From the NCBI GenBank assembly GCA_021827985.1, contig JAKATL010000006.1:18944-82943 (forward strand): DNA of 64,000 nt, given 5' to 3'. The DNA is from a bacterium. GTDB lineage: Bacteria; Chloroflexota; Dormibacteria; Aeolococcales; Bog-877. The notes below the pieces were generated by a model. The model did no database searches and was not told the origin of the DNA. It saw only the letters and a list, made by a program, of their open reading frames with translations. The position numbers were made by a program, and so were the translations under genes. Positions 28,953 to 39,101 of this stretch are shown piece after piece. Numbering within the stretch: the stretch's first letter is position 1; each line of letters starts with the position of its first letter.

Positions 28953-29870
28953 ATGGACGCCGAATCGAGGGACAGCCAGATCCGGGCGGCGGCATTCGCT
29001 CACCTCGGGCAGCTCACCATCCGGTTCGGTGACGTCCTGCCATCAACCCACCTCCGCTCAGGGTTCACCTTCGAAGGTGCCCGGGTGCCGTTGATGGGGC
29101 CCCAGGGTATCTTCAAGCCGGCACTTCTCGACCTGCCCCTGAGCATCACGACCGTGCCCGTCGTCGCGGGCCGGCCACGGCCGTATCAGGACGAGTTGGG
29201 GGAAAACGGTCTGCTCCGCTACCGCTACCGCGGACAGGATCCCGGGCACCGGGACAACCAGGGCCTCAGGGAGGTCATGCGTCGTCGGCTGCCACTGATT
29301 TACTTCCACGGGGTTGAGCCCGGCCAGTATCTGCCTGCCTGGCCGGCGTTCATCGTGGGAGATGACCCGCGCCACCTCACGTTCACGGTGGCGGTCGACG
29401 ATCTCCTGGCCAGCGAGGAAATTCCCGGTTCGGGTCTGCCGGAGATGGCCAGGCGCGCGTACGCCACGCGGATGACGGTCCAGCGCCTGCACCAGGTGGC
29501 CTTTCGCCGCCGGGTCCTGCGCGCCTACCGGGAATCGTGCGCCATGTGCCGCTTGCACCACCCGGAGCTTCTGGACGCCGCCCACATCCTCCCCGACCGG
29601 CACCCGGAGGGAGAACCGATCACCGCCAACGCGCTCTCCCTCTGCAAACTGCATCACGCCGCCTTCGATCGCAACATCGTGGGAATCCGCCCCGATTCAG
29701 TGATCGAGCTGCGCCACGACCTGCTTCGGGAGATCGACGGTCCGATGCTCCGCCACGGGCTGCAGGAGCTCCATGGGCAGCCGCTGATGGTGGTGCCCCG
29801 CTCGGAGGTCGACCGGCCCCGGCCCCAGTTCCTTGAGGAGCGCTACCAGCTCTTCCGCAAGGCCAGCTGA
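28953..29870 (+). CDS. HNH endonuclease with ~200-aa N-terminal domain (candidate modification-dependent/type IV restriction enzyme)
   Basis: C-terminal HNH motif 'CAMCRLHHPELLDAAHILPDRHPEGEPITANALSLCKLHHAAFDRNIVGI'. The N-terminal domain ('LLRYRYRGQDPGHRDNQGLREV...LIYFHGVEPGQYLPAWPAFIV') is of unknown type. Confidence 0.8.
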   Translation: MDAESRDSQIRAAAFAHLGQLTIRFGDVLPSTHLRSGFTFEGARVPLMGPQGIFKPALLDLPLSITTVPVVAGRPRPYQDELGENGLLRYRYRGQDPGHRDNQGLREVMRRRLPLIYFHGVEPGQYLPAWPAFIVGDDPRHLTFTVAVDDLLASEEIPGSGLPEMARRAYATRMTVQRLHQVAFRRRVLRAYRESCAMCRLHHPELLDAAHILPDRHPEGEPITANALSLCKLHHAAFDRNIVGIRPDSVIELRHDLLREIDGPMLRHGLQELHGQPLMVVPRSEVDRPRPQFLEERYQLFRKAS

Positions 29871-30468
29871 TCCGCGCCAGACGAGAGGGGTGACGTCGGG
29901 GCCGCTGGGGCGGGAAACTCGGGACGCCATCGCTCGACCGCCTGGCCGAATCTGGAGCGCCAACTCGCACGGTTGCTGGGTGGGCCAGGCGAAGCCGGGC
30001 TGCCGCGGGGCCACCTCGTCAGGGCAACGCAATCGGGACCGCCTCAAGCGAGTTGGGGCCGCGCCGACGTTGTGGCGCCCGCGCGGCTAGTCGGCATCGC
30101 TCCCATGGCTCTCCGTGCGGAGAGCCAGACGGAATGTTGGCGGCGGGAGATGACCTGCGGGGAAAGGGAGCAGGCATGCGCCCAGCCCCGCCACGAGGGG
30201 CTCGAGCCCGTTCGCGCTTGCTCAAGCAGGCGCCGCACAGGCTCCCGAGACCTCGAAGCAAGGTGCATTCCACTCCCGTGCAACTCGCTGGCTTAGCTCC
30301 TCCGGCTGGTCCTCACCAGGGGCCGGACCGGCGCCTCCGGGCCGTATCCATCCAGGGTGCTCCCGAGTTGCCGTGGAGACCGTGCACACCGTCCCCGAAG
30401 CACACGGCGGCCCCGCCACCCCAGCCCGGACCGCGCTCGGTCGCCCAAAATGATCGTGCGGCTGATGA

Positions 30469-31761
30469 TCAGCCCTGAAGATGTGCCAGCTGGGGAAGGA
30501 TCGTCGACATCCAGGGGACGAAGATGACGAGGGCCAGTCCCGCCACCAGCAGTCCCAGAAATGGCCACATCTGCCGCACGATCCCGGACAGGGGGGTGTC
30601 GGTGATCTTGCTCAGCACGAGGTTCAGTGTCCCCAGGGTGGGCAGCCCCAGGGCAATCATCGTGACCAAGGTGAAGACCACCCCGAAGTACACCATGTTG
30701 ACCCCAGCGCTGGAGACGATTGGCACGATGATGGGGAGCATCACGAACTCCAGCACGATCACCTCCAGCACCAGCCCGGCCACCAAGAGGAAGCCGGAGA
30801 CGATGAAGATGAGCAGGAGGGGCTGGCGAGTGATGGAGAGCACGAACGTGGAGACGGTGTTGGGCACCTCGGAGGCGGTCACGGCGTAATTCAGGAGGAA
30901 CGCTCCAGCGATGAGGCCGGTCACAGCACCCGTCTGGCGTACGGCGAACCGCAGGGAGGCGAGGAACTCCCGGAGGGAGAGCGAGCGGTAGACGAAGGTC
31001 GCCACCACCAGGACGTACAAGATCGACATCGCCGAGCTCTCGGTGGGCGTGAAGGCACCGCTGTAGATCCCTCCGATCAGGATCAGCGGCGCGATGAGGG
31101 CGGGGAGCCCAGCAAAGAAGGCCACCGCGATGGGGAGCCAGCCGAACCAGGGCTCGGCGGGCAGGCGCTTGCGCCGCGAGAGGTAGCCGATCAGGCCCAT
31201 GTGCGCAGCCCCCAGGACCAGGGCCGGGATAATCCCCGCCAGGAACAGCGCCCCGATACTGGTCGAAGAGAGGAACCCGTAGATGATGAGGGGGATGCTG
31301 GGGGGTAGCAGGGGACCCATGATCGCGCTGGTGATGGTGGTGGCGCAGGCGAAGTCCTTGGGGTAGCCGGCGTCCTCCATGGCCCTCACGCTCATCACGC
31401 CGATACCACTCACGTCGGCCACCGCGCTTCCGGTCATGCCGCTGAACACCACCGTGGCCAGGACGTTGACCTGCGCCAAGGAGCCCCGCGAACGGCCGAG
31501 CAGCAGTTGGGCGAACCGGAAGATCCGGTCCGTCATGCCGGAGCTATTCAGCAGGGCGCTGGTGAAGATGAAGAGCGGCACCGAGAGCACCACGAAGTTG
31601 GCAGTGACTCCGCCGATGATGGCGGCGCTGGCCTCGGTCAGGCTGACCCCCGACAACACCAGGTAGGCGCAGCCAGCGGCGATCATGCCGTAGGAGATGG
31701 GGGCGCCCACGAGATAACACAGGACTACGATCGCCGCCATCACCAGCACGGCCGCGGTCAT
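30469..31761 (-). CDS. dctM: TRAP transporter large permease DctM
   Basis: 430 aa with ~12 transmembrane helices. 'LAQVNVLATVVFSGMTGSAVADVSG' is a DctM hallmark. 4-nt overlap with dctQ. Confidence 0.9.
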   Translation of the reverse strand: MTAAVLVMAAIVVLCYLVGAPISYGMIAAGCAYLVLSGVSLTEASAAIIGGVTANFVVLSVPLFIFTSALLNSSGMTDRIFRFAQLLLGRSRGSLAQVNVLATVVFSGMTGSAVADVSGIGVMSVRAMEDAGYPKDFACATTITSAIMGPLLPPSIPLIIYGFLSSTSIGALFLAGIIPALVLGAAHMGLIGYLSRRKRLPAEPWFGWLPIAVAFFAGLPALIAPLILIGGIYSGAFTPTESSAMSILYVLVVATFVYRSLSLREFLASLRFAVRQTGAVTGLIAGAFLLNYAVTASEVPNTVSTFVLSITRQPLLLIFIVSGFLLVAGLVLEVIVLEFVMLPIIVPIVSSAGVNMVYFGVVFTLVTMIALGLPTLGTLNLVLSKITDTPLSGIVRQMWPFLGLLVAGLALVIFVPWMSTILPQLAHLQG

Positions 31762-32399
31762 CGGGCACTTCCGCCTGGACCCGGACGGAGAAGCTGCCCG
31801 ACCTCCCGCACCAGCAGCCGCCCGCGCAGGATCACGGCGATGGCGAACAGCAGAAACACCCCCGCATACCCCCAGACCTCGGTGCCCGGCAGTCCGGTAT
31901 TGGGCTGTTGGGCGATCAGTTGGAGGTAGGAAACGGTGCCCGGCAGGACGATGGCTAGGAAGCCCACGATGAGCAGGTTGGCCAGCGCCGAGCCCACCAG
32001 CCGCACCTTGCGGGGCAGGACGTCAGCCAGCAGGCGGAAGGCGATCTGGTCGTCGCGCCAGTCCGATAGCCCAGCCGCCAAGGAGAAGCTCCAGAGAAAG
32101 AGGTAGGTGGGGAGCTCCAGGGACCAGACCTGGGGCCGGTTGAGCAGGTAGCGGGCCAGCACCTCGACGATGATGGAAACGAACGTTCCCACAAAGGCCA
32201 GGGCCGCTAGGAGCAGCTGCAGCCGCTCCAGCCGCCCGTACTGCTCTGCCTCCGGCTGAGCGCCCGCAGTTCTGCCCGAGGGCCGGCTCAAGGCCCACGC
32301 CGCCCGCACACGAGCACCCCACCCGTGGTGTAAAGAGGGGCTGCCGGGGCGGCGGCTTGCGCCGCCGCCCCCTCCCCGGGCCGCCCCCCTCCACCTCAT
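31758..32399 (-). CDS. dctQ: TRAP transporter small permease DctQ
   Basis: 4 transmembrane helices and 'FVSIIVEVLARYLLNRPQVWSLELPTYLFLW' DctQ-like. It lies between dctP and dctM. The N-terminus is Gly-rich and the start is uncertain. Confidence 0.75.
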   Translation of the reverse strand: MRWRGAARGGGGGASRRPGSPSLHHGWGARVRAAWALSRPSGRTAGAQPEAEQYGRLERLQLLLAALAFVGTFVSIIVEVLARYLLNRPQVWSLELPTYLFLWSFSLAAGLSDWRDDQIAFRLLADVLPRKVRLVGSALANLLIVGFLAIVLPGTVSYLQLIAQQPNTGLPGTEVWGYAGVFLLFAIAVILRGRLLVREVGQLLRPGPGGSAR

Positions 32400-32421
32400 G
32401 TTTCGGTGGCTTCGGGAACCG

Positions 32422-33486
32422 TTAACAAGCCGGCATCGAGGCGCCGGTTACCTTCAACGCATAGTTCAGCATCCCCGGGACCAGTCCGCTGGTATAGGTC
32501 GAGTCGCACAGGAAGGACTTCAACACCGGGACCCGGAACGCGGAGATATCGGGCGAGTAGACCTGAAGACCCTGAGACTTGAGAAAGTTGATGTCGTGCT
32601 GCTGAAGCGCTGCCACTTGGGCGCTTGCCCAGTTGTCCTGCTGGGTCACGGCGGTCACCAGATCGCTTTGCTCCGCCTTCGACATCTGGTTCCAGGCAGT
32701 CTCGCTGATGGACGGCATGACCGGGGAGAAGAGGTGGTTGGTGAGGACGATCTCCTTGGTCACTTGGTAGAACTTGTCAGCCACGTCAGTGGGCAGAGGA
32801 TTGTCCTGGGCCTGGACCACTCCCGTCGAAAGCGCAAGGTAGATCTCCGTAAATCCCACTGGGGTGACCTCACCACCCATGGCCTGCCCCAGTTGGGTCC
32901 AGTAAGTTCCCGGCGGCATGCGAAGTTTGATGCCGGCCATGTCGGCTGGGGTCATGATTCTCTTGGTGGAGTTGAGGTCCAGCTCCCGCGGCCCGAGGTC
33001 CTGGATCCCGAGGAGGCGCACCCCGGTGCCTTTGGCCACCTGGTTCACCACCTCCTGCCCGTACTTGCTGCTGAAAACCTTCTCCACCTGGCTCCAGTTG
33101 GAGTACAGGAAGGGGATGTCGAAGATCATCCCGGCCGGCACCGTGGCCTGGTACTGGGTGGGATCGCTGTCCGACATTTGGGCGACGTTGCTCTGCACCC
33201 CTTGGAATTCGGTTGCCTGGGGCAGGAGGCTGCTGTTGGGGAAGATCTCAATGTTGACATGTCCGCCAGTCATCTGGAAGACCTGGCTGGCGGTCCGGTA
33301 CAAGGCCTCGGTCTGCGGCGACTGCGGCGGTGCCGACAGGCACGGGCAAGACCACTTCAGAGTGACGTTGGGCATGTTGGCAGAGGTCTTGCTGGGCGCG
33401 GGTTTCGATGCCCCGCACCCAGCCACCACCAGGGTGACCACCGCCAAGGCCCCCAGTCCTAACGATCGCCTATGGCCTTTCCACAT
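32422..33486 (-). CDS. dctP: TRAP transporter substrate-binding protein DctP family (lipoprotein)
   Basis: Lipobox 'VVAGCGAS' and DctP-like periplasmic solute-binding protein features. Confidence 0.85.
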   Translation of the reverse strand: MWKGHRRSLGLGALAVVTLVVAGCGASKPAPSKTSANMPNVTLKWSCPCLSAPPQSPQTEALYRTASQVFQMTGGHVNIEIFPNSSLLPQATEFQGVQSNVAQMSDSDPTQYQATVPAGMIFDIPFLYSNWSQVEKVFSSKYGQEVVNQVAKGTGVRLLGIQDLGPRELDLNSTKRIMTPADMAGIKLRMPPGTYWTQLGQAMGGEVTPVGFTEIYLALSTGVVQAQDNPLPTDVADKFYQVTKEIVLTNHLFSPVMPSISETAWNQMSKAEQSDLVTAVTQQDNWASAQVAALQQHDINFLKSQGLQVYSPDISAFRVPVLKSFLCDSTYTSGLVPGMLNYALKVTGASMPAC

Positions 33487-33599
33487 TTACTAGCCTCCTT
33501 CTCACACCAGTACCTCCAGCCCCCGCCGCTTCGGCGACGGGCACGTTCCGCTCTCCGGGGTTGGCCGCGCAGGGCTTGGACCCTGGCCCCACCGACCGC

Positions 33600-35111
33600 T
33601 CACCCCCCTGCCCCCGGCTCCGCAACTCTGCCGCTCAGGGCGGCCAGACGGTGCACCGGCCCCGAGGTGGCCGGGTACAGTTCCCGATACAGTTGATAGA
33701 GGTCGTCGTAGGTGGCGTGAATCCGTTGGTCCGGCGACGGAACGACCGCCCCTTCGATCCGGCTCCAGAGCGCGCCCGGGCCGGCCGCACCGGCCGCCCG
33801 CGCTGCCAGCAGCGCGTCCCCATAGGCGGCGCCGATCAGGACCTCTGGGATCTCCTGGCGGCGTCCCGTGACGTCGCTGACAACCTGCCTCCAAAGTGGC
33901 CCCTGGGCCGCACCCCCCACCGCCACCAGCCGGGCGGGGTCCGCCCCCGCGGCCTGCATCGCCTCCAGGTTGTGCCGGACTCCGTAGGCGCCGGCCTCCA
34001 GGAGGGCCCGGAAGAGGTGAGCCCGGCCATGGCCCAGGGTCAGGCCGAAGAGGACCCCCCGGGCGTCGGCGTCGAAGATCGGGGTCCGCTCCCCCGCGAA
34101 GTACGGCAGGGCGACCAGGCCCCCGGCGCCCGCAGGGATCTCTGCCGCCTCCCGGCTCAGCACGTCGAGAGGAACTCCGACCAGCTCCGAGAACCACTCC
34201 GTGATGGCCCCGAAGGTGGCCATCCCCGCCGCCAGTGTGAGCTCTCCGGGCACGATCCCGTTGGTGAGCCAGAGCTTGGGGTGAGGCCGGGCCGCCAGGG
34301 CCATGTTGATCATGAACATCGACGTCCCGTACATGACCATGCAGTCGCCGGGGGCGGTCACGCCCACGCTGAGTGCCTCCGCCCAGGCGTCGATGGTCCC
34401 GGCCAGCACGGGGATCCCTCGGGGTAGTCCTGATTGGGCGGCGCTATCTGCCCCCACCCGGCCCACCACCTCGCCCGGCCAGGCCAGCCGGGGCAGGGAC
34501 AGGCCTGGGGCGATGGCTTCGCTCCAGTCCGCGATCCAGGCCTTGGCGGCCAGGTCGTACATGGGAGTGCACTGGCTGGCGGAGTGGTGATCCAGTGTGT
34601 ACTCCCCGGTGAGCCGGTAGACGACGAAGGAGCTGGCCATAAGCAAGGTGCGCGTGCGAGCCCACACCTCGGGCTCGTGGCGGCGCAGCCAGAGCAGCTT
34701 CGGCCCCACGGCCTGCGAGGTCAGAGGGGAGCCGCAGCGTTCCAGGATGCGGTCGGCACCCAGCTCCCGGTTCAGCTCCTCGATCTCAGCCCCAGCTCTG
34801 GTGTCGACGCCGTACAGGATGGCGTTCCGAAGCGGGGCGCCCTCGGCGTCGGCGGCCAGCAGGCAGGGGCCGATCCCGCTGACACAGATCGCCTGAACCT
34901 CCTCTCGGTCGCTCCCAGCGGCCGCCTGAAGCTGCTGCACCACGGCCAGGAAGCCCCGCCACCAGACCGCCTCGGCGTCGTGCTCGACCCAGCCTGGAAC
35001 GGGCCGCGAGGTGTGGTTGGGTACCGTCGCCGAGGCGATGATCCGGCCATCACCGCCGGCGAGCACCCCCTTGGTGCTGGAGGTTCCGACGTCCACCCCA
35101 ATGACGCTCAT
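33600..35111 (-). CDS. FGGY-family carbohydrate kinase
   Basis: The start at 'MSVIGVDVGTSSTKGVL' carries the FGGY N-terminal motif. 'MYGTSMF' and C-terminal FGGY signatures are present. The ATG at 35282 would add a Gly/Arg-rich leader and is rejected. Confidence 0.85.
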   Translation of the reverse strand: MSVIGVDVGTSSTKGVLAGGDGRIIASATVPNHTSRPVPGWVEHDAEAVWWRGFLAVVQQLQAAAGSDREEVQAICVSGIGPCLLAADAEGAPLRNAILYGVDTRAGAEIEELNRELGADRILERCGSPLTSQAVGPKLLWLRRHEPEVWARTRTLLMASSFVVYRLTGEYTLDHHSASQCTPMYDLAAKAWIADWSEAIAPGLSLPRLAWPGEVVGRVGADSAAQSGLPRGIPVLAGTIDAWAEALSVGVTAPGDCMVMYGTSMFMINMALAARPHPKLWLTNGIVPGELTLAAGMATFGAITEWFSELVGVPLDVLSREAAEIPAGAGGLVALPYFAGERTPIFDADARGVLFGLTLGHGRAHLFRALLEAGAYGVRHNLEAMQAAGADPARLVAVGGAAQGPLWRQVVSDVTGRRQEIPEVLIGAAYGDALLAARAAGAAGPGALWSRIEGAVVPSPDQRIHATYDDLYQLYRELYPATSGPVHRLAALSGRVAEPGAGG

Positions 35112-36544
35112 GCGCTCCCCTCTGGCCCGCCATCCAGCCGGTCCACCGGGATGCCCAGGAGGCCCGCTGCCACCTCCAGTTCGGCGGTGTGGTCCCCGGG
35201 AACCGCATGGATGTGGTTGGCCCCGAACCGCTGCAAGAATCCGGCCGCGGGCGCGTCGAGTTGAGCAAAGGCGTGGGGCCACTCCGGGCTCGACTGGGCC
35301 GCCAGCCGCTCAGCGTCGGCGTCCTCCAAAGGAGCCAGCCGGCCCCGTGTTACCTGGAGCCGGTACCGCTCACCCAGGCGGCTGAGCCGCGCAAACGTCA
35401 TCTCTCCGGGGGCGGCGATGTGGCGAACAGAGGCGCCCCCGGCAGGGAAGTAGAACGACTCAGGGAGGAACTGGACGCGCGCCAGATTGACTGCCGGGTC
35501 GTCACTCCGGGCGGCGTACCAAGTAGGGTGCTGCCCCGAGTTGCACAGGTCCCACAGCCCCCGATCGGCGTGGTAGTGGCGGACATCCGCAAACAGCACC
35601 GGCTGACCGGTGAGCAGCCGGAGGATCTGCATGGTGAGCGCCCCGTCCATGTCTGACTCGGTGGCGCACACGAAGGGCGCCTTGGGTCCCTCCCAGTCGT
35701 AGGGGTCGTTGAGGAAGGCTTCAGCCACGTCAGTGGTGGCGAAGTGATTGGTAAGTTCGGGCTGCCCCTTGATACCGCAGAAGTCCAGGTGCCACTCCGC
35801 GACCAGCTCCCGGATTGCGTGGTACATCCGGATCTGGCGCTCCAAGAGCTCGGGGGTCAGGCTCCTGCCGTCGTACGCCACTCGGGCCGCGAGACGCTCT
35901 ATCCACTCCCGCCCCGCACGAGCCCGCTCGGGGCTAACAGCTGCGGCACGCCTCACCACCTCCCACTGGTCGATCTCCTCTACATCGACGCCGAAGATCC
36001 TTATCCAGTCGGCGCTGGAACTGACCGCGGTATACATCCCCATGGGGCGCCCCCCGATTCGCCCGAAGGTGGAGCCCGAGAGGGCCCGAACTGCCGCCCC
36101 CGCCCGGATGTGGACGCCCAGCTTCGCCGCCACCTCGGGATCCCCCAGATCGCCACAAAGCCGTGCGTGGCGCCGTCCGACCTGGTCCAGGCCCCCGCCA
36201 GCCGCCAGCAGTCCCACCATCCCGGGGTAGCGGGGATGCATGTTGGAGAAGAGCAGCAGTGGACCGTCGGTGGCTCCTGCAGCCAGTAGGGAGAAGTGGG
36301 GGAAGGCCCACACCGGGTAGTGGAAGACGGTCAGGTCAGGCCGCTGACCGGCAAGCAGGCGCGCCCCGGCCACGGCGGTCTGGCTGTCCCCCACGATCTG
36401 GCCCGCCAGGAGCACGGTGTGCCCCTGGCGCCGCAACTCCTCGGCCAGGGTTGCCTCGTGGTCCCGACAGTAGTCGAGGACGTCCTGGTACGCGAAATCC
36501 CTGCCGTCCGACATGGTCAAGATCGCGACTTTGGCCATCCTCAA
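35108..36544 (-). CDS. L-fucose/L-arabinose isomerase-like sugar isomerase
   Basis: 478 aa. 'MAKVAILTMSDGRDF' N-terminus and 'CATESDMDGALTMQILRLLTGQPVLFADVRHY' are FucI-family-like. 4-nt overlap with the kinase gene. Confidence 0.7.
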   Translation of the reverse strand: MRMAKVAILTMSDGRDFAYQDVLDYCRDHEATLAEELRRQGHTVLLAGQIVGDSQTAVAGARLLAGQRPDLTVFHYPVWAFPHFSLLAAGATDGPLLLFSNMHPRYPGMVGLLAAGGGLDQVGRRHARLCGDLGDPEVAAKLGVHIRAGAAVRALSGSTFGRIGGRPMGMYTAVSSSADWIRIFGVDVEEIDQWEVVRRAAAVSPERARAGREWIERLAARVAYDGRSLTPELLERQIRMYHAIRELVAEWHLDFCGIKGQPELTNHFATTDVAEAFLNDPYDWEGPKAPFVCATESDMDGALTMQILRLLTGQPVLFADVRHYHADRGLWDLCNSGQHPTWYAARSDDPAVNLARVQFLPESFYFPAGGASVRHIAAPGEMTFARLSRLGERYRLQVTRGRLAPLEDADAERLAAQSSPEWPHAFAQLDAPAAGFLQRFGANHIHAVPGDHTAELEVAAGLLGIPVDRLDGGPEGSA

Positions 36545-36557
36545 TCCCCCTTCGCCG

Positions 36558-37514
36558 CTAGGTGGTGGCTGCTGGCGCGGGGCTCAGCTCCCAGGACACA
36601 GCCCGCCGTAGCTCCGCGCTCGGAAGGGGCCGGTCAGCCGCCTCGCTGGCCGCGATGCTGTGCACTCGAGCGGGTCCGAGGTCGAGGCCCCGAGTCCGCA
36701 GTAGTTCCTTCAGCGGCCCAGGGGCCCCGGCCCAACCGAGAGTCATGACCTCCTCGAGCAGCGGGGCGAGGCGCCGGGCCTCCGTTAGGTCACCGTCCAG
36801 CCAGGCCTGCAGAATGCGGGTGGTCAGTTCGGGCACCACGGCGGCGTTCCCCGAGACCACCGCGCGGCCGCCCAGGGCGACGAACTGCTCCCAGATGGCG
36901 TCGTTGCCACTCATGACGCAGACCTGAGGCGCAAAGCGCATGAACGGAACGAGCTCCCCGAGGGTGGCGACTGAGAGCTTGATGCCGGCGACGTTGGGCT
37001 CTTCAAGCAACTCGGCGAACGCCTCCGCCTCTAGGCGATTCGCGGCGGCAGCCGGGTAGTTGTAGACGACAAACGGCAGGTGCGGCAGCGCGCGTGCCTG
37101 CGCGCGCAGGTGCTCGACTATGGCAGCCTGAGTGTGGGCGTGGTAGTAGGGAACCACCGAGGTGATGGCATCCGATCCCGCCCGGGCGGCTGCCTCCCCC
37201 AGGTGCAGCGCCTCTCGGAGATTGACGTGCCCGACGTGGGCAATCACGGGGACCCTGGCCCTGGCGCCGCGCACAGCTGTTCGTATGAGTTCCTCCCGCT
37301 CATCCGTTGTGAGGGCGATGAACTCGCTAGTCGTGCCCCCCACCATGAGCGCGCTCACCCCCCCGGCCACCAGGAAGTCCACGTACGGCAGCACGCCCGC
37401 CACGTCCAAGCGACCGTCCGCGTCGAAGGGGGTGAGCGTTGCCACGACCACTCCTGCCAAGGTCCGCAGCCACCCCGTCTCCCGACTGTAGGCCGACGCC
37501 CCCGATGAACTCAT
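36558..37514 (-). CDS. DapA/DHDPS-family aldolase (2-keto-3-deoxy sugar-acid aldolase or dehydratase-like)
   Basis: 'GVVVATLTPF', 'GVSALMVGGTTSEFIALTTDER' (the GTTGE-type motif) and Schiff-base lysine context 'VAGIKLSVATL'. The likely start is the internal 'MSSSGASAY'. Confidence 0.8.
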   Translation of the reverse strand: MSSSGASAYSRETGWLRTLAGVVVATLTPFDADGRLDVAGVLPYVDFLVAGGVSALMVGGTTSEFIALTTDEREELIRTAVRGARARVPVIAHVGHVNLREALHLGEAAARAGSDAITSVVPYYHAHTQAAIVEHLRAQARALPHLPFVVYNYPAAAANRLEAEAFAELLEEPNVAGIKLSVATLGELVPFMRFAPQVCVMSGNDAIWEQFVALGGRAVVSGNAAVVPELTTRILQAWLDGDLTEARRLAPLLEEVMTLGWAGAPGPLKELLRTRGLDLGPARVHSIAASEAADRPLPSAELRRAVSWELSPAPAATT

Positions 37515-37660
37515 CCCACCTCCTGAAACCCGTTTCTTACAGCCCGGGACAGTAGCACCTGATGCAACGGGTGTCAAGGACTAGATTCCGGGGTGTTGGA
37601 GCTCTCGGCCCCGATCTTCTTGACCAGCGGCCGAGAAGCGTCTAGTCTGCATCCTGTTTC

Positions 37661-38698
37661 ATGAGTGGCCGCACCCAGCTCAAGATCCGCGACGTAGCGA
37701 AGCTCGCGGGCGTATCCCCGGCCACGGTGTCGAGGGTGTTGCGGAAGTCGGCACCGGTGACCTCGGAGACCCAGGCCCGCGTCATGGAAGTGGTCCATCG
37801 GTTCGACTACCAGCCCAGCCACCTCGCCAGGCACCTGCGCCGGGGTCGCACCGACCTGGTCGGGATGGTGGTCTCGGACATCGAGAACCCCTATTTCGCA
37901 ACCCTGGTGCGGGAGGTGGAGTATCACGTCTACCAGCGGGGCTCGCGAGTGCTTCTCTGCAACACCAGTGAGGACGCGGCGAAGCAGTCGTCCTACCTCA
38001 CGGTGATGGCCGGCGAGCGCGTCAGCGGGGTGATCCTCTCACCTTCGGATCCAGACGACCCCCAGATCGGTCGCCTCCTCGACATAGGCATCCCCGTGGT
38101 GGCCGTCGATCGGAGGGTCGCCGATCCACGGGCTGACTCGGTGGTGGCCGAGAACCGGCCGGCGGCTAGGCATGCTACCGAGCTACTGATCGGGAGCGGC
38201 CGCAGGAGGATTGCCTACATCGGGGGCCGGATCGAGGTCGACACCGGCTCTGACCGGCTGGCCGGATACCGGGAGGCGATGATCGCCGCGGGGCTGACGC
38301 CCAGGGCAGCCGAGGGTGGCTTCACCACCGAAGGGGCCCATCTCGCCATGGAGGTCCTCTGGGCCGGCAACCCGCTCATCGACGGACTGCTGGTCGCCAA
38401 CAACCAGATGACCATCGGCGCCCTGGAAGTGCTGAGGGGTGTGGGGGCGGAGCTCCCGGAGCAGGTCGCCCTGATCAGCTTCGACGACCCTCCCTGGGCC
38501 CGCCTCATGGACCCCCCGCTGACCGCAATCGCCCACCCTCTGCCCCAGATGGCCGCAGCGGCCGTTGATCTCCTCTTCGCGCGCATGGAAGCAGACGACA
38601 CCCGCCAGCCCGCGCACCTCACCTTCCCCCTGGAACTGCGTGTCCGCCGGTCCTGCGGCATCGGGTCGGGAGTTCCTCCGCAGAGGAATCCGTCCTGA
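37661..38698 (+). CDS. LacI-family transcriptional regulator
   Basis: Helix-turn-helix 'IRDVAKLAGVSPATVSRVLRK' and a periplasmic-binding-protein-like effector domain. It is divergent from the sugar-acid operon. Confidence 0.9.
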   Translation: MSGRTQLKIRDVAKLAGVSPATVSRVLRKSAPVTSETQARVMEVVHRFDYQPSHLARHLRRGRTDLVGMVVSDIENPYFATLVREVEYHVYQRGSRVLLCNTSEDAAKQSSYLTVMAGERVSGVILSPSDPDDPQIGRLLDIGIPVVAVDRRVADPRADSVVAENRPAARHATELLIGSGRRRIAYIGGRIEVDTGSDRLAGYREAMIAAGLTPRAAEGGFTTEGAHLAMEVLWAGNPLIDGLLVANNQMTIGALEVLRGVGAELPEQVALISFDDPPWARLMDPPLTAIAHPLPQMAAAAVDLLFARMEADDTRQPAHLTFPLELRVRRSCGIGSGVPPQRNPS

Positions 38699-39101
38699 GG
38701 TCAACCACCGCACCTCCAACAGCCCGGAACTGGCCTTCGACCGAGTCCGCGTACTTGCCCGCTACAGCGATCTGACGTCGCAGCGAGGTCGGCTCGCGGA
38801 CGCTGACCCGCACCAGGTGGGTGGCATTGCCGAGGTCCTGGGCCGCCGGCTGCAGGCGCCCGTCCAAGGGGTGGACCCGGCAGCGTTTGGTCCGCTGGGT
38901 CCGATCGTCGCCGCCGATCAGCCAGCCTCCAGCCGCTACACCCAAGAGACCCTCGGATAGCGGCCCCAGCACCCAAGCCTCCTCGAGGACCTGGAGAACA
39001 TCGGGTCCTGATCCTCGTGCGCTCCTCCGGGAATCGGGCACGGCGACGGTCGCACGGCTCTCCCGGCCCTCCGGCGGCTTAACTCAACTTGGAAGGGCGG
39101 T

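Noticed and set aside
37515-37660. Possible LacI operator palindrome around 'TGATGCAACGGGTGTCA' in the lacI/operon divergent region
   Set aside because: The symmetry is too weak, at about 9 of 17 positions, to call a site.
38565-39041. ORFs 38565..38960 (plus) and 38619..39041 (minus) between lacI and the ART gene
   Set aside because: They overlap the lacI 3' end in other frames and have no motifs. The ~400-nt convergent gap is treated as non-coding.
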